Made by a program: the position numbers and the translations under genes | Source: Oligoflexales bacterium | GTDB taxonomy: Bacteria > Bdellovibrionota_B > Oligoflexia > Oligoflexales > CAIYRB01 | DNA length: 44,940 bases | Direction of reading: 5' to 3' | NCBI GenBank assembly: GCA_041736175.1 | Contig: JBGSUI010000111.1 | Span: forward strand, 1 to 44,940 | The notes under the pieces: generated by a model | The model's input: the letters and a program-made list of their open reading frames with translations, nothing else | The model's database searches: none | What the model was told of the DNA's origin: nothing | Shown: positions 19,679 through 28,844 of the stretch, in pieces | Layout: each line of letters begins with the position of its first letter | How positions within the stretch are numbered: position 1 is the first letter of the stretch

Positions 19679-19724
19679 AATGCGTCCCGTGGCAGAATCC
19701 TAAGATCATCCCCGCAAACGCTCG

Positions 19725-19910
19725 TTAGCAGTCATGTTGGTCTTGGGAGCAGTCGAGTTCTGTCAGGAGCTGCTTGGTTTGGCAAAGACAGCTTCCGCAG
19801 TCTCGACCAATGGGACAGACGGACATAAGCTCCTTCAGGCTCTTACAGCCCTCTTTGACCAACCTTTGAATGTCTTTATCTGAGATCACTTTGCATGAGC
19901 AAATAATCAT
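19725..19910 (-). CDS. bfd: Bacterioferritin-associated [2Fe-2S] ferredoxin
   Basis: MIICSC ... GRDCGSC (C-x-C ... C-x2-C) Bfd pattern, 61 aa, GAGGAGG RBS. Confidence 0.9.
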   Translation of the reverse strand: MIICSCKVISDKDIQRLVKEGCKSLKELMSVCPIGRDCGSCLCQTKQLLTELDCSQDQHDC

Positions 19911-19934
19911 CGTGTCTATCCCTCCTCACTCTTC

Positions 19935-19961
19935 TTATCGGCTATTTTATAATAAAATTGA
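19935..19961 (-). promoter_or_regulatory. sigma28-type promoter for bfd
   Basis: Minus strand TCAA-N15-GCCGATAA just upstream of the bfd RBS. Confidence 0.6.
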
Positions 19962-19973
19962 GAATCATTTTCA
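19954..19973. promoter_or_regulatory. Fur box
   Basis: AAAATTGAGAATCATTTTC matches GATAATGATAATCATTATC at 14/19. The 7-1-7 core TGAGAAT-C-ATTTTCA matches 12/14. Lies upstream of bfd, a classic Fur target. Confidence 0.8.
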
Positions 19974-20045
19974 AATGATTTTGGGTCCCAAAAATTCGTC
20001 AATAGTCTTAATAAGATGAGGAGGGGGGGAGGGCGCTTCCTGAGA

Positions 20046-20426
20046 TTAATTTAAGAGAGCGTCGCGGACTTCAGCCGGACTGCAGTAGGCGAGGCGACTT
20101 TGTCCCGTCAGGCGAGTATTGATAAAAAAAGCAATGGTTTCATAGTCATAGCCTAACTGGGCCAGCCCACGGGCCAGGCTTCTGAAATAATCTTCAACCA
20201 GAGTCTCAAGGGATTCGGATTCTTCCATAAAATTATGGCTTTGTAGGCGTTTGACCAGCTGGTCCAGATCTTTTTGATACCAGTCTTCTTGGGGGGGGAT
20301 CAAATTGCCGAGCTGATATTCAATATCCCGAATTTTAAGAATCAACTCATGGGCCCAGGGGGGGCATTGGTCTGGAATTTCGGGGTCAGGGGTCCTGGAA
20401 TCCGCGGGTTTTAATGGGGATGTCAT
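20046..20426 (-). CDS. Hypothetical protein
   Basis: 126-aa ORF with GGAGG RBS filling the intergenic space. Confidence 0.7.
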   Translation of the reverse strand: MTSPLKPADSRTPDPEIPDQCPPWAHELILKIRDIEYQLGNLIPPQEDWYQKDLDQLVKRLQSHNFMEESESLETLVEDYFRSLARGLAQLGYDYETIAFFINTRLTGQSRLAYCSPAEVRDALLN

Positions 20427-20591
20427 GTGTGTGGCCCTCCATAGTTCGCTTTAAGGCGATGATTCTTAAACACGATCCTTTTAGCAGATAAGGTGGGTGC
20501 TTTTCTACATTTTTTAGGAGTTTCCTAAAATAACCCTATTATATTCCCTTGGGGCCTGGAGAAGCCAGCTAACCAGGGCCAAATTTTAGTT

Positions 20592-20607
20592 TGGCTCGTA
20601 AACTGCC
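20592..20607 (+). promoter_or_regulatory. Possible sigma54 promoter
   Basis: TGGCTCG-TAAA-CTGCC (GG-N10-GC) ~60 nt before GTG 20668. Overlaps a weak GCCGACGG. Confidence 0.4.
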
Positions 20608-20667
20608 GACGGACTGTTGAGATTTCAGAACACTTTTTTTGACTAGGTCGGTTTACCAGAGGTCTAT

Positions 20668-21807
20668 GTGGCAGCAACCCGTTTTGGAAGTCCAGAATCA
20701 CTCCTTAAAGAAAATCTCCAAACCAAGCTCCAGCCCAAGCTCCCGGCCAAGAACCCCCCTTCGTCGCCAAAAGGTGCAGGGGCGGCTGGGTCCCCCAAAG
20801 ACGGGCGCAAGCGGCTGACTCCCGGTGAGATGCTCTTTGCCCAGGGTGATCCCGGAGGAGACCTCTACTTTATCGAAGAGGGGATTATCGAAATCTTTCA
20901 AGGCAAAGACACCGATGCCATCCACCTTGCAGATATGACCTCAGGAGAAATCATCGGCGTTATGACCTGCTTGACCAGTGAGCCGAGGATGGCCTCAGCC
21001 CGGGCTAAGACTTTGGTGGTTTGTAAAAAAGTTCCCCATGACGCCATTCGCAAAGTTTTGGCAGCGCTCCCCAACTGGCTTAAAATCGTGATCAAAGAAT
21101 TCACCATGCGCCTTTCCCATATGAACCGCCTTTATGGTGAATCCGTTGCCAAAATCAAGATCCTAGAACAAAAACAGATCAGCAATCTTTTTTTAGGGTC
21201 CCTGGTTGCCTCGGCCTTTTCGCAGGTTTCGGAGTTTATGGCCGTGAAATTCGAAGACACTAAAATGGTGGTTGTCGACGATGTGGTCCAACGACTCGAG
21301 CTGGTTCTTAACATTCCTAAAGACCACTTAGAAAAACTTTTTGCAGTACTGATTGATGCGGGGCTGATCAAACTCGAAATCGAACCTGAACGAAAAAAAA
21401 CCGTCACTAAGTTAGAAAATGCACAAAAACTAGGATATTTTTCCCAATTTGTTAAGGAATCTAAACATGGTCCTATGAAAAAATTGATCCGGGCAAAATT
21501 CTCAAACCGGGAAACCAGGGTCTTGTCAGCCGTCGTTAAATACGCGGCTCGACTCGAAATGGACCTATCCAAAGTCTGCCGCCTTAAGTTAAAAGATTTG
21601 GAAGCATCATTGGAGCGCACCACGGGTGTTAAGTTCGAACGGGACACCCTCCAAAAGGGGGTGGACCTCAAGCTCCTCACCCTTGAGGGGGCCGAGGGGG
21701 ATGAGTCCCTGGTGACCCGTCCTGTACAGCTTGGGCGGACGATTGCTTGCGTGGAAGCTATCCGAAGGTTTGAGACTCTCGAGCTAAAAGACGACAAAAC
21801 AACCTAG
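20668..21807 (+). CDS. Cyclic-nucleotide-binding-domain (Crp-like) protein
   Basis: PGEMLFAQGDPGGDLYFIEEGIIEI ... GEIIG ... PRMASARA cNMP fold, followed by helical/wHTH-like regions. Confidence 0.85.
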   Translation: MAATRFGSPESLLKENLQTKLQPKLPAKNPPSSPKGAGAAGSPKDGRKRLTPGEMLFAQGDPGGDLYFIEEGIIEIFQGKDTDAIHLADMTSGEIIGVMTCLTSEPRMASARAKTLVVCKKVPHDAIRKVLAALPNWLKIVIKEFTMRLSHMNRLYGESVAKIKILEQKQISNLFLGSLVASAFSQVSEFMAVKFEDTKMVVVDDVVQRLELVLNIPKDHLEKLFAVLIDAGLIKLEIEPERKKTVTKLENAQKLGYFSQFVKESKHGPMKKLIRAKFSNRETRVLSAVVKYAARLEMDLSKVCRLKLKDLEASLERTTGVKFERDTLQKGVDLKLLTLEGAEGDESLVTRPVQLGRTIACVEAIRRFETLELKDDKTT

Positions 21808-21822
21808 AAAGGGATATTTCCT

Positions 21823-24800
21823 ATGGTGACCCATAAATTAAGACTTGCTATCCATGTCCTGGTAATCGCCCTTATCAGCACCTACTTTTGGACCCAGTCT
21901 CGGTATCCAGATCTTAACCGCAAAGCCATGATGGCCAAGAACGCATCGGTTGCTGATACGATTTCCATGTATCCCATCTTTATCGTTAAACCTGAACATC
22001 CTACCTACCAAAAAATCGCTTATACAACGGCCAACTGGGTGAATGACAACAAAAAAGGCATGACCTTTGGGGTGATCATAGGGGCTATGTTTCTTTCTCT
22101 CATCGGCTATCTCAGGTTTAAACCTTCCGAAAACAAGTTGGTCAGTGCCCTCTACGGGACTATATTAGGGTCGCCCCTTGGAGTTTGTGTCAACTGTGCG
22201 GCCCCTATTTTTAAAGGAGTCCTCCAGTCTAAACAGATTGAGTTCTCCTTTGCGATGATGCTCAGCTCACCGACCATGAATATGGTCGTTGTCACCATGT
22301 TGTTTAGCCTTTTTCCTCTCTATATGGCTGTGACTAAAATAGCGTTTACCTTGATCGTCATTTTTGGTGTCGTACCGCTCCTCTCCCACACACTGGCTAA
22401 GACCGTTAAGATCCAGGGTTTTGAAGCTCTCTCACGCAAAGACCAAGGTTTTACCTTTGACGTCAAATCTAACCCCTCAGGAGCCCTTTTGGGCGAAATC
22501 TGGGGTGCGGTGGTGGATTTTTTTAAGGCTTTTATATTTCTAGGGGTGCGAACTGTGCCGCTGATGTTTGTCGCTGGATTTTTGGGTTCAGTGGTCTCCC
22601 ATCTTATTCCCTTCGAGGCTCTTAATGGTGCCCAAGGTCCCTTGGCCTTAATCGTTACCGCAGCGGTAGGGTTGTTTCTGCCGGTGCCCATGGCTTTTGA
22701 CTTGGTCCTCACCAACGCCCTTTTTGTCGGAGGACTCTCTCCATCCATTGTGATGACTCTCCTGTGCACCCTTGGAATCTTTAGCTCCTATTCGTTTATG
22801 ATCGTCTGGAACAGTGCCTCACCAAAGTGGGCCTTGAATCTTTCGGGGGCGATCTTTGCTTTAAGTCTGATCGCCGGATTTTTAGGCGACTGGATGGACC
22901 GGGTTTTTTACCTTAATCCCAATATCGCCGACTACCAAGCCCTGAGGCGTCCTACGAACCCCTCCACCCTAGGTCAAGGGATTAAACAAGCGGGTCCTGT
23001 CGAGGGGGCAACCCTTAGCCAAGGAGGCTTAAAGCCCGTAGAATGGGCAACTGTCTTTGAAGATGACACCCTGAGGGTGGCTTCCCAACCTTTTAAGGTA
23101 GGAGCCAAAGCGACCGGGCGTTTTGAAAAACACGAGGGTGTCGACCTAGGTTTGGTCCAAGGCTTTGTCTACGGGATTCGCGATTATCCAGACCCTTTCT
23201 GGTTTGGTCGTGGAACGGCTGGAGGTGACGTCAACCGGGACGGCTACGTCGACGTCGTGTTTGGATCCGATCATGGTCCGCGGCTTTATTTGAATCAGGG
23301 TGACCAAACCCATGGCCCCCGGTTTGGGGAGGTTCAAGATTTTATTCCCGAAATGAAAGACATGATGGTCTTTGCGGTCGCCTTGGTCGACTGGGATCAA
23401 GATGGCTGGCTTGATCTGTTTATGACGACTTTCAACAAAGGCAATTATCTTTCAAAAAACAATCAAGGACAGTTTGGTAGCCCCCTTAAAATCCCTAATC
23501 TGGGTGGGGTGATGACTATCAGTCCCGCCTTTGCTGATTTTAATGGCGATGGGCTTTTGGATGTTTATAACGGGAATATGGCCCTAGGAATCATCACTGG
23601 ATTTCGCGCCTATGGGCCAGGTCGTAGTAACGGCATGACCTTACAAAAACCAGGGGGAGGTTTCGAAGAGGTCCCCCTCGACGTCAAGGATGGTGAAACC
23701 ATGTCGACCATCGCCTCGGATGTTAACGATGATGGTTTTGTTGATATCTTTAACGGCAACGACTTTGTGGTCCCTGATTACTGGTTTCTGGGACAAAAAG
23801 ATGGCAAGTTTACCCCGGCGCCCCAACCGGGACTCGGCAGCCTAGCCACTCCCTTTTATTCGATGTCCGTGGATACGGGGGATCTTAACAACGATCTTAA
23901 GACGGATTTTGTCCTTACGGGAACCGTCCAGATGGCCCCTGGAGTCGGCGAAAGTCCAATCGATGGTGTGTCGGCACTGGACTATACCAGACGCAATGAT
24001 ACTGCAGAAGTCTGCACTAAAAGGATCAAGCAAACTTCTTTTAGAGATAATTGTTTACTTAACCGATCCACGGATCACCTCATACCTTTTTATAAAAACC
24101 GTAACCTAAACATCAAAGACTGTATGGTCCTTACGGATCCCGTGTCCAAGGACGACTGCCTCTTGTCGGTGATGTGGATGATTGTTACCTCCAATGTAAA
24201 CATCACCAACTGTGAGGAGCAGTTTGGGTTTGACAAAAAAATCAAAGAGGTGTGTGAAATCTTTATCAAAGCGGGAGCTACCAAGTATGCGGCGGAGTTT
24301 AGTGGTTTTGCCCCTCAGGTGGATGCTCCGGCTGTTTATTTAGGCCAAGGGCAAGGTCAATACACTCCTCTGGCCATAACCCATCCGGGTGGGTGGACGT
24401 GGAGTACTAAGTTTGCTGATTTTGATCGGGATGGTTTCCTCGATATCTTTAATGCCGAGGGTGTGGTGCGTGAGGGAGGATTTGGGTTTAATGTCCTCCT
24501 CCACAATCAGGGGTTAGGAGCGGCGGGTGGAAAGGGCTTTGAACAAAAACAGTTTTCTTGGAATCTTGTGGATCCGTTCTACCTCTTCTCATTTACCTTG
24601 ATAGACTACGATCATGATGGGGATCTGGATATGATCGGCAACTCATCCATCGGTCCCGTGCAGGTCTACGAAAACCGGCTTAACGATCACCAGGCCATCG
24701 CCTTTGCCCTTAAGTTTCCGGAGGGCAACACCTTTGGTCTGGGGGCTAGGGTCACTATCGAAGACGAAGCGGGGATGAAACAGATCCGTGAGGTCAAAGC

Positions 24801-24981
24801 GGGGGGTGGATTTCAAAGCTTTGACGCGCCCAGGGTGTATTTTGGACTGGGACAAAAAACGGTTATTAAAAGAGTGTGGATAAGCTACCGAGGCCAGGAG
24901 CGTGAGGTGGCCGTAGAGGCATTTAAGGCGGGGGCTCTTTATCATCTTGAGTTTAAAAAACCCCTGAAAAGCATTTTTTGA
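21823..24981 (+). CDS. Fusion of ArsP/DUF318-type permease with FG-GAP propeller and ASPIC/UnbV domain
   Basis: N-terminal ~360 aa is multi-TM with PLGVCVNCAAP and SSPTMN. Seven DxDxDGxxD-type Ca-binding motifs. C-terminal GARV ... REVKAGGGFQS ... YFGLG (ASPIC/UnbV). Confidence 0.85.
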   Translation: MVTHKLRLAIHVLVIALISTYFWTQSRYPDLNRKAMMAKNASVADTISMYPIFIVKPEHPTYQKIAYTTANWVNDNKKGMTFGVIIGAMFLSLIGYLRFKPSENKLVSALYGTILGSPLGVCVNCAAPIFKGVLQSKQIEFSFAMMLSSPTMNMVVVTMLFSLFPLYMAVTKIAFTLIVIFGVVPLLSHTLAKTVKIQGFEALSRKDQGFTFDVKSNPSGALLGEIWGAVVDFFKAFIFLGVRTVPLMFVAGFLGSVVSHLIPFEALNGAQGPLALIVTAAVGLFLPVPMAFDLVLTNALFVGGLSPSIVMTLLCTLGIFSSYSFMIVWNSASPKWALNLSGAIFALSLIAGFLGDWMDRVFYLNPNIADYQALRRPTNPSTLGQGIKQAGPVEGATLSQGGLKPVEWATVFEDDTLRVASQPFKVGAKATGRFEKHEGVDLGLVQGFVYGIRDYPDPFWFGRGTAGGDVNRDGYVDVVFGSDHGPRLYLNQGDQTHGPRFGEVQDFIPEMKDMMVFAVALVDWDQDGWLDLFMTTFNKGNYLSKNNQGQFGSPLKIPNLGGVMTISPAFADFNGDGLLDVYNGNMALGIITGFRAYGPGRSNGMTLQKPGGGFEEVPLDVKDGETMSTIASDVNDDGFVDIFNGNDFVVPDYWFLGQKDGKFTPAPQPGLGSLATPFYSMSVDTGDLNNDLKTDFVLTGTVQMAPGVGESPIDGVSALDYTRRNDTAEVCTKRIKQTSFRDNCLLNRSTDHLIPFYKNRNLNIKDCMVLTDPVSKDDCLLSVMWMIVTSNVNITNCEEQFGFDKKIKEVCEIFIKAGATKYAAEFSGFAPQVDAPAVYLGQGQGQYTPLAITHPGGWTWSTKFADFDRDGFLDIFNAEGVVREGGFGFNVLLHNQGLGAAGGKGFEQKQFSWNLVDPFYLFSFTLIDYDHDGDLDMIGNSSIGPVQVYENRLNDHQAIAFALKFPEGNTFGLGARVTIEDEAGMKQIREVKAGGGFQSFDAPRVYFGLGQKTVIKRVWISYRGQEREVAVEAFKAGALYHLEFKKPLKSIF

Positions 24982-25026
24982 GATATGCTGAATCCCCCAG
25001 CTTTTAACAAACTAAAGGAGTCTTCT

Positions 25027-25557
25027 ATGAAAAACCTCATCCTGCTTAAGCTCGGTACGACCATGGTTATGGGCTTTTTAGCCTATACACCCCCCCTTAA
25101 GGCAGCAGCTAAGCCCCTGTGGGTGCAGTTAATCTCTGGAAAGGGACAGTCGGTTAAGGGCAAGCTCGAATTTAAAGAGACGCCCTCGGGAGTCGCGATC
25201 ACTGGAAATATTGAGGGGCTTGGGCCAGCAGGCAAACACGGGATTCATATCCATGAAAACCCAAAAAACGACACCTGCAAGGGGGATTTTACCTCTGTTG
25301 GCGGTCACTTTAATCCCACGGGCAAACCCCACGGGACTCCCGAGAAACCCACCGAATCCCACAGCGGAGATCTAGGAAATGTGGTCGCCGATGCAACAGG
25401 CAAAGGAGCTGTATCCATCACCCGTCCTGACCTCAAACTCACGGGACCCCAGGGGATCAAGGGAAGAGCAGTCATCGTTCATGCTAAGGTTGACGATCTT
25501 GCGACCCAACCAACCGGCGGAGCGGGAGACCGGATCGCCTGTGGGATCATCAAGTAG
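25027..25557 (+). CDS. sodC: Periplasmic Cu/Zn superoxide dismutase
   Basis: Ligand motifs HGIHIHE, GGHFNP, HSGDLGN, IVHA and RIACG all intact. Signal peptide. AAGGAG RBS before ATG 25027. Confidence 0.95.
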   Translation: MKNLILLKLGTTMVMGFLAYTPPLKAAAKPLWVQLISGKGQSVKGKLEFKETPSGVAITGNIEGLGPAGKHGIHIHENPKNDTCKGDFTSVGGHFNPTGKPHGTPEKPTESHSGDLGNVVADATGKGAVSITRPDLKLTGPQGIKGRAVIVHAKVDDLATQPTGGAGDRIACGIIK

Positions 25558-26623
25558 AGGCAGAGAGGGGAGCCCTGGCCTGACCTTTGTTGGGGCTCGA
25601 CCAACGTTTTAACTTTTGTTTCAGGGCCCGTAACATGTCTTGTCTATGGGCCCTGTCCCTGCGGAACTCGTTTTCGAGGCGTTGGCGCAGGCTCACGATC
25701 TTTCCGCTTCCTGTCTCCTGGAGCTTTTGAAAGTCCCAATGGGGCTCGTCCCTGGCAAAGACCAGCTTACGGCGGATTTCCCGGAGTTGGTGATTGATTT
25801 TGCTGACAAGGGTCATGAGCTCACCAAGGGGGAGTTCTTCTAAAGATGGTTCGTTCCGGCTTGTGCCTTTGGTATTGCCGAGGATCTTGTCGTAGAGTTC
25901 ACGCATCTTTGCAACATCCTGGTAGCGGTAGGCGTCTTGAACCGCAGCCCACCTGTGGGACTGTTCGTCGTTGGTCTCATGGCCTAAGTCTGGATGGAGG
26001 GCCCGTACCAGCTTGCGATAGAGATCTTTAAGGAGAGAATTCCCATCCGCGGAAGCCCGCTGGCTAGAAGCCGAAGCATCTCTGGGACCCTCTTGCCAAA
26101 AATCTCCCTTAGAATCTTGGTGGCAAAAGTCTTCGGACTGGTTGCCACCAAAAAAACCAAAGAGATCTTCGAAGTCACTGGAATGATCGCTTCGAAATAG
26201 ATCATGCTCGCGGCAATGGACTCCCATGAATTCTTCTAGGGTGCCGTCTGCTTGTGCTGCCGAGACCTTAAGGTAGCTTTGGTAGCGGGATTCACCTGTG
26301 GCATCTTGGTATCTTCGCAGGGATCTTAACAGCTCATCGAGGCGCTGGATTTCCCCCGCAAGAGTCTCCATTTCGTCGATACGCGGCAAAAAAATCCCAC
26401 TGACCCACCGTCGAAAGGCTTCGGCATCTTCGTCTTCGTGTTTTTTTAGTATTTGAGTTAAGCGACTAAACTCTTTTGTTTGCTGTAAGTACTTTTTGAG
26501 TACTTTGCGGCGCCGCTTCGAGGCATCGGTCCAGACGAGGGCTTTGGAAGTGACTTTGTTGCTGTGCTTTAAGGAGGACATGACGAGAGCCTCAAAGATG
26601 GGGGCTTTGGGTGCCGTGGGCAA
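25550..26623 (-). CDS. Coiled-coil protein with internal J-domain
   Basis: LYRKLVRALHPDL (HPD motif) ... VQDAY flanked by long helical segments. Start may be 26581. Confidence 0.8.
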   Translation of the reverse strand: MPTAPKAPIFEALVMSSLKHSNKVTSKALVWTDASKRRRKVLKKYLQQTKEFSRLTQILKKHEDEDAEAFRRWVSGIFLPRIDEMETLAGEIQRLDELLRSLRRYQDATGESRYQSYLKVSAAQADGTLEEFMGVHCREHDLFRSDHSSDFEDLFGFFGGNQSEDFCHQDSKGDFWQEGPRDASASSQRASADGNSLLKDLYRKLVRALHPDLGHETNDEQSHRWAAVQDAYRYQDVAKMRELYDKILGNTKGTSRNEPSLEELPLGELMTLVSKINHQLREIRRKLVFARDEPHWDFQKLQETGSGKIVSLRQRLENEFRRDRAHRQDMLRALKQKLKRWSSPNKGQARAPLSAST

Positions 26624-26732
26624 CGTTTATGAACTGTGATTTATAGTGGATGGACCACTTAAAAACAAGTACCATCAACTGGCATTGATTTGTTGGATAA
26701 ATTGAGGCCGTTAGGTCCAGAGGAGACCCGTC

Positions 26733-27491
26733 ATGATCAAGGTAAGTCTTATCATCCCCATCTATAACGAAGCAGGGCATCTCGCTGACTTTCTCAAGCG
26801 AATAGACAATCTTGACCTGGGTGTTCCAAAGGAGCTGGTCTTTGTCAATGACTGTTCAAAAGACGGATCAGAAAAAATTCTTACAGGCTACCCGTTTAAG
26901 TCCGAACACCAAATCTTCCATCATCCAGCCAATCGGGGTAAAGGCGCTGCCATCCAGCTGGGGATCAGCAAGGCGAGGGGCGATATCGTCGGAGTCCAGG
27001 ATGCTGACTTTGAATATGATATGAATGATATCCCAACACTGATCGAGCCGATTCTCGGCAATAAAGCTGATGTGGTTTATGGATCCAGGTTTAAGAAATC
27101 TGGCGAACAGGTCCATCGAACAATGCACTATATCGTCAACCGATTTCTTACCTTTTTAAGCAATCTTACCACAGGAATCTATCTCACGGACATGGAGACT
27201 TGTTACAAATTTTTTCGCCGCGAGATCATCCAAAATATCAAATTGGATTCACAAAGGTTTGGTTTTGAACCAGAAATCACCGCCAAGATCGCCTACCTTA
27301 AAGTTAGAATCATGGAATATGCCATCTCCTATTATCCGCGCAACTATTTTCAAGGCAAAAAAATCACGTGGAAAGATGGCATCGCCGCCGTGCGGCATAT
27401 CTTTTATTATAGTTTTTTAGTTAAACCCGAGGACTATCTCAAAAAAGAACTCCCCGAAGCCTATCGTCCCCAGGGAAAGCAGTGGCTCTGA
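26733..27491 (+). CDS. Glycosyltransferase family 2 (DPM1-like)
   Basis: Motifs IIPIYNE, VNDCSKDGS, NRGKGAA, QDADFEY, VYGSRF, TDMETCYK, FGFEPEIT. Confidence 0.95.
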   Translation: MIKVSLIIPIYNEAGHLADFLKRIDNLDLGVPKELVFVNDCSKDGSEKILTGYPFKSEHQIFHHPANRGKGAAIQLGISKARGDIVGVQDADFEYDMNDIPTLIEPILGNKADVVYGSRFKKSGEQVHRTMHYIVNRFLTFLSNLTTGIYLTDMETCYKFFRREIIQNIKLDSQRFGFEPEITAKIAYLKVRIMEYAISYYPRNYFQGKKITWKDGIAAVRHIFYYSFLVKPEDYLKKELPEAYRPQGKQWL

Positions 27492-27582
27492 TAGGGTTTG
27501 TAGGAATCTGCCAACTTTGAACTGGGTTGGGATCACAGGAATAGCTTGGGTAGCAGGTTTTCCTTTGCCGAACTATAAGATC

Positions 27583-27648
27583 TTGATACTACGATATTTC
27601 GAAGTTATACTTCGAAATATCATCTAATTTCGAGGTTTCACTTCGATG
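27583..27648 (+). promoter_or_regulatory. sigma70 promoter overlapped by tandem palindromic operators
   Basis: TTGATA(27583)-N17-TATACT(27606). Perfect 13-bp inverted repeat GATATTTCGAAGT-TAT-ACTTCGAAATATC (27593-27621). Second degenerate copy at 27627-27648 reaching the ATG. Confidence 0.75.
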
Positions 27649-28794
27649 AAGTATAACAGGTTGATTAATTTAAGAAATATCCTTGACCAAAAATCCCATT
27701 TTCTTTTTGGCCCACGGCAAGTGGGTAAGTCCACAGCCATTGAACAACAGTTACCAGATGCTTATGTTGTCGATCTCCTAGATTCAGATCAATTCAACAC
27801 CTACTTACGTCGACCCAAAGCGCTTGGTGAGGAATTGGAACATAGTCAGGCTCGGATTGTCGTGATCGATGAAATTCAAAAGCTGCCTGAACTGCTTGAC
27901 GAAGTGCAGCGCCTCTTAAAATCTGGGCGTTGGACCTTTCTGTTAACTGGAAGTAGTGCGCGCAAACTGAAACGCAAAGGTAGCAATCTCCTTGGCGGTA
28001 GGGCGTGGACGAAGCATATGTTTCCTCTGGTCTATGCGGAGATTAGTGGGTTCGATCTGATGCAGTACTTACGAAACGGTGGACTTCCGTCAATTTATCT
28101 GAGCAAGTTTCCCGATCAAGAACTCAAAGCTTATGGTCAAACCTACCTGAAACACGAGATTCAGGACGAAGCATTGGTGCGCAACCTTAGGGCGTTTAGT
28201 GCTTTTCTCGATTTCATGGGAAAAACCAATGGATGCGAGCTTAACTACACTTCCATAGCTCAAGACTGCGGTGTCAGTGATCACACGATTCGCTCTTACA
28301 TAGAGATTCTCGAAGACACTCTGATTGGGTTTAAACTGCCTGCCTTCACCCAGTCCAAAAAAAGGACAGCACAAAAACGAGCTAAGTTTTATTTTTTTGA
28401 TACCGGAGTGGCGCGAATCTTAGCGCGGCACGAGGACCTCAATCAAGACCACCCAGCTTTTGGTACCTATTTTGAGCAGTTTATCATAAACGAAGTGCGT
28501 GCTTACCTGTCCTATCACACGAAGGATATCATGTGTGCCTATTGGCGAAGTCAGTCAGGTTTTGAGGTGGACCTAGTCGTTGGTACCACTTTGGCCATCG
28601 AAGTCAAGAGTACTGATCTTGTCAAGGAAAAGCACCTAAAAGGTTTACTCGCACTGGCTGACGAGCAGTTGTTTGAGCGATACATCATCGTAAGCCAAGA
28701 CAGACAAAGGCGTTCGTTGGGGGCGATTGAGGTATGGCCATGGGAGCTTTTTCTGCAAAGTCTTTGGCGAGGTGAATTTACTTTTCGACCCTGA
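27646..28794 (+). CDS. AAA_14 ATPase with DUF4143 (PD-(D/E)XK-like) C-terminus
   Basis: Walker A GPRQVGKS, Walker B VIDEIQ, LTGSS, KFYFFDTG, YWRSQSGFEVDLV, AIEVKS. Confidence 0.92.
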   Translation: MKYNRLINLRNILDQKSHFLFGPRQVGKSTAIEQQLPDAYVVDLLDSDQFNTYLRRPKALGEELEHSQARIVVIDEIQKLPELLDEVQRLLKSGRWTFLLTGSSARKLKRKGSNLLGGRAWTKHMFPLVYAEISGFDLMQYLRNGGLPSIYLSKFPDQELKAYGQTYLKHEIQDEALVRNLRAFSAFLDFMGKTNGCELNYTSIAQDCGVSDHTIRSYIEILEDTLIGFKLPAFTQSKKRTAQKRAKFYFFDTGVARILARHEDLNQDHPAFGTYFEQFIINEVRAYLSYHTKDIMCAYWRSQSGFEVDLVVGTTLAIEVKSTDLVKEKHLKGLLALADEQLFERYIIVSQDRQRRSLGAIEVWPWELFLQSLWRGEFTFRP

Positions 28795-28844
28795 ATGTGC
28801 TGGAGATTTATGCGGCCAATAGGTCACTCAGGAGCTCTGAGTGG

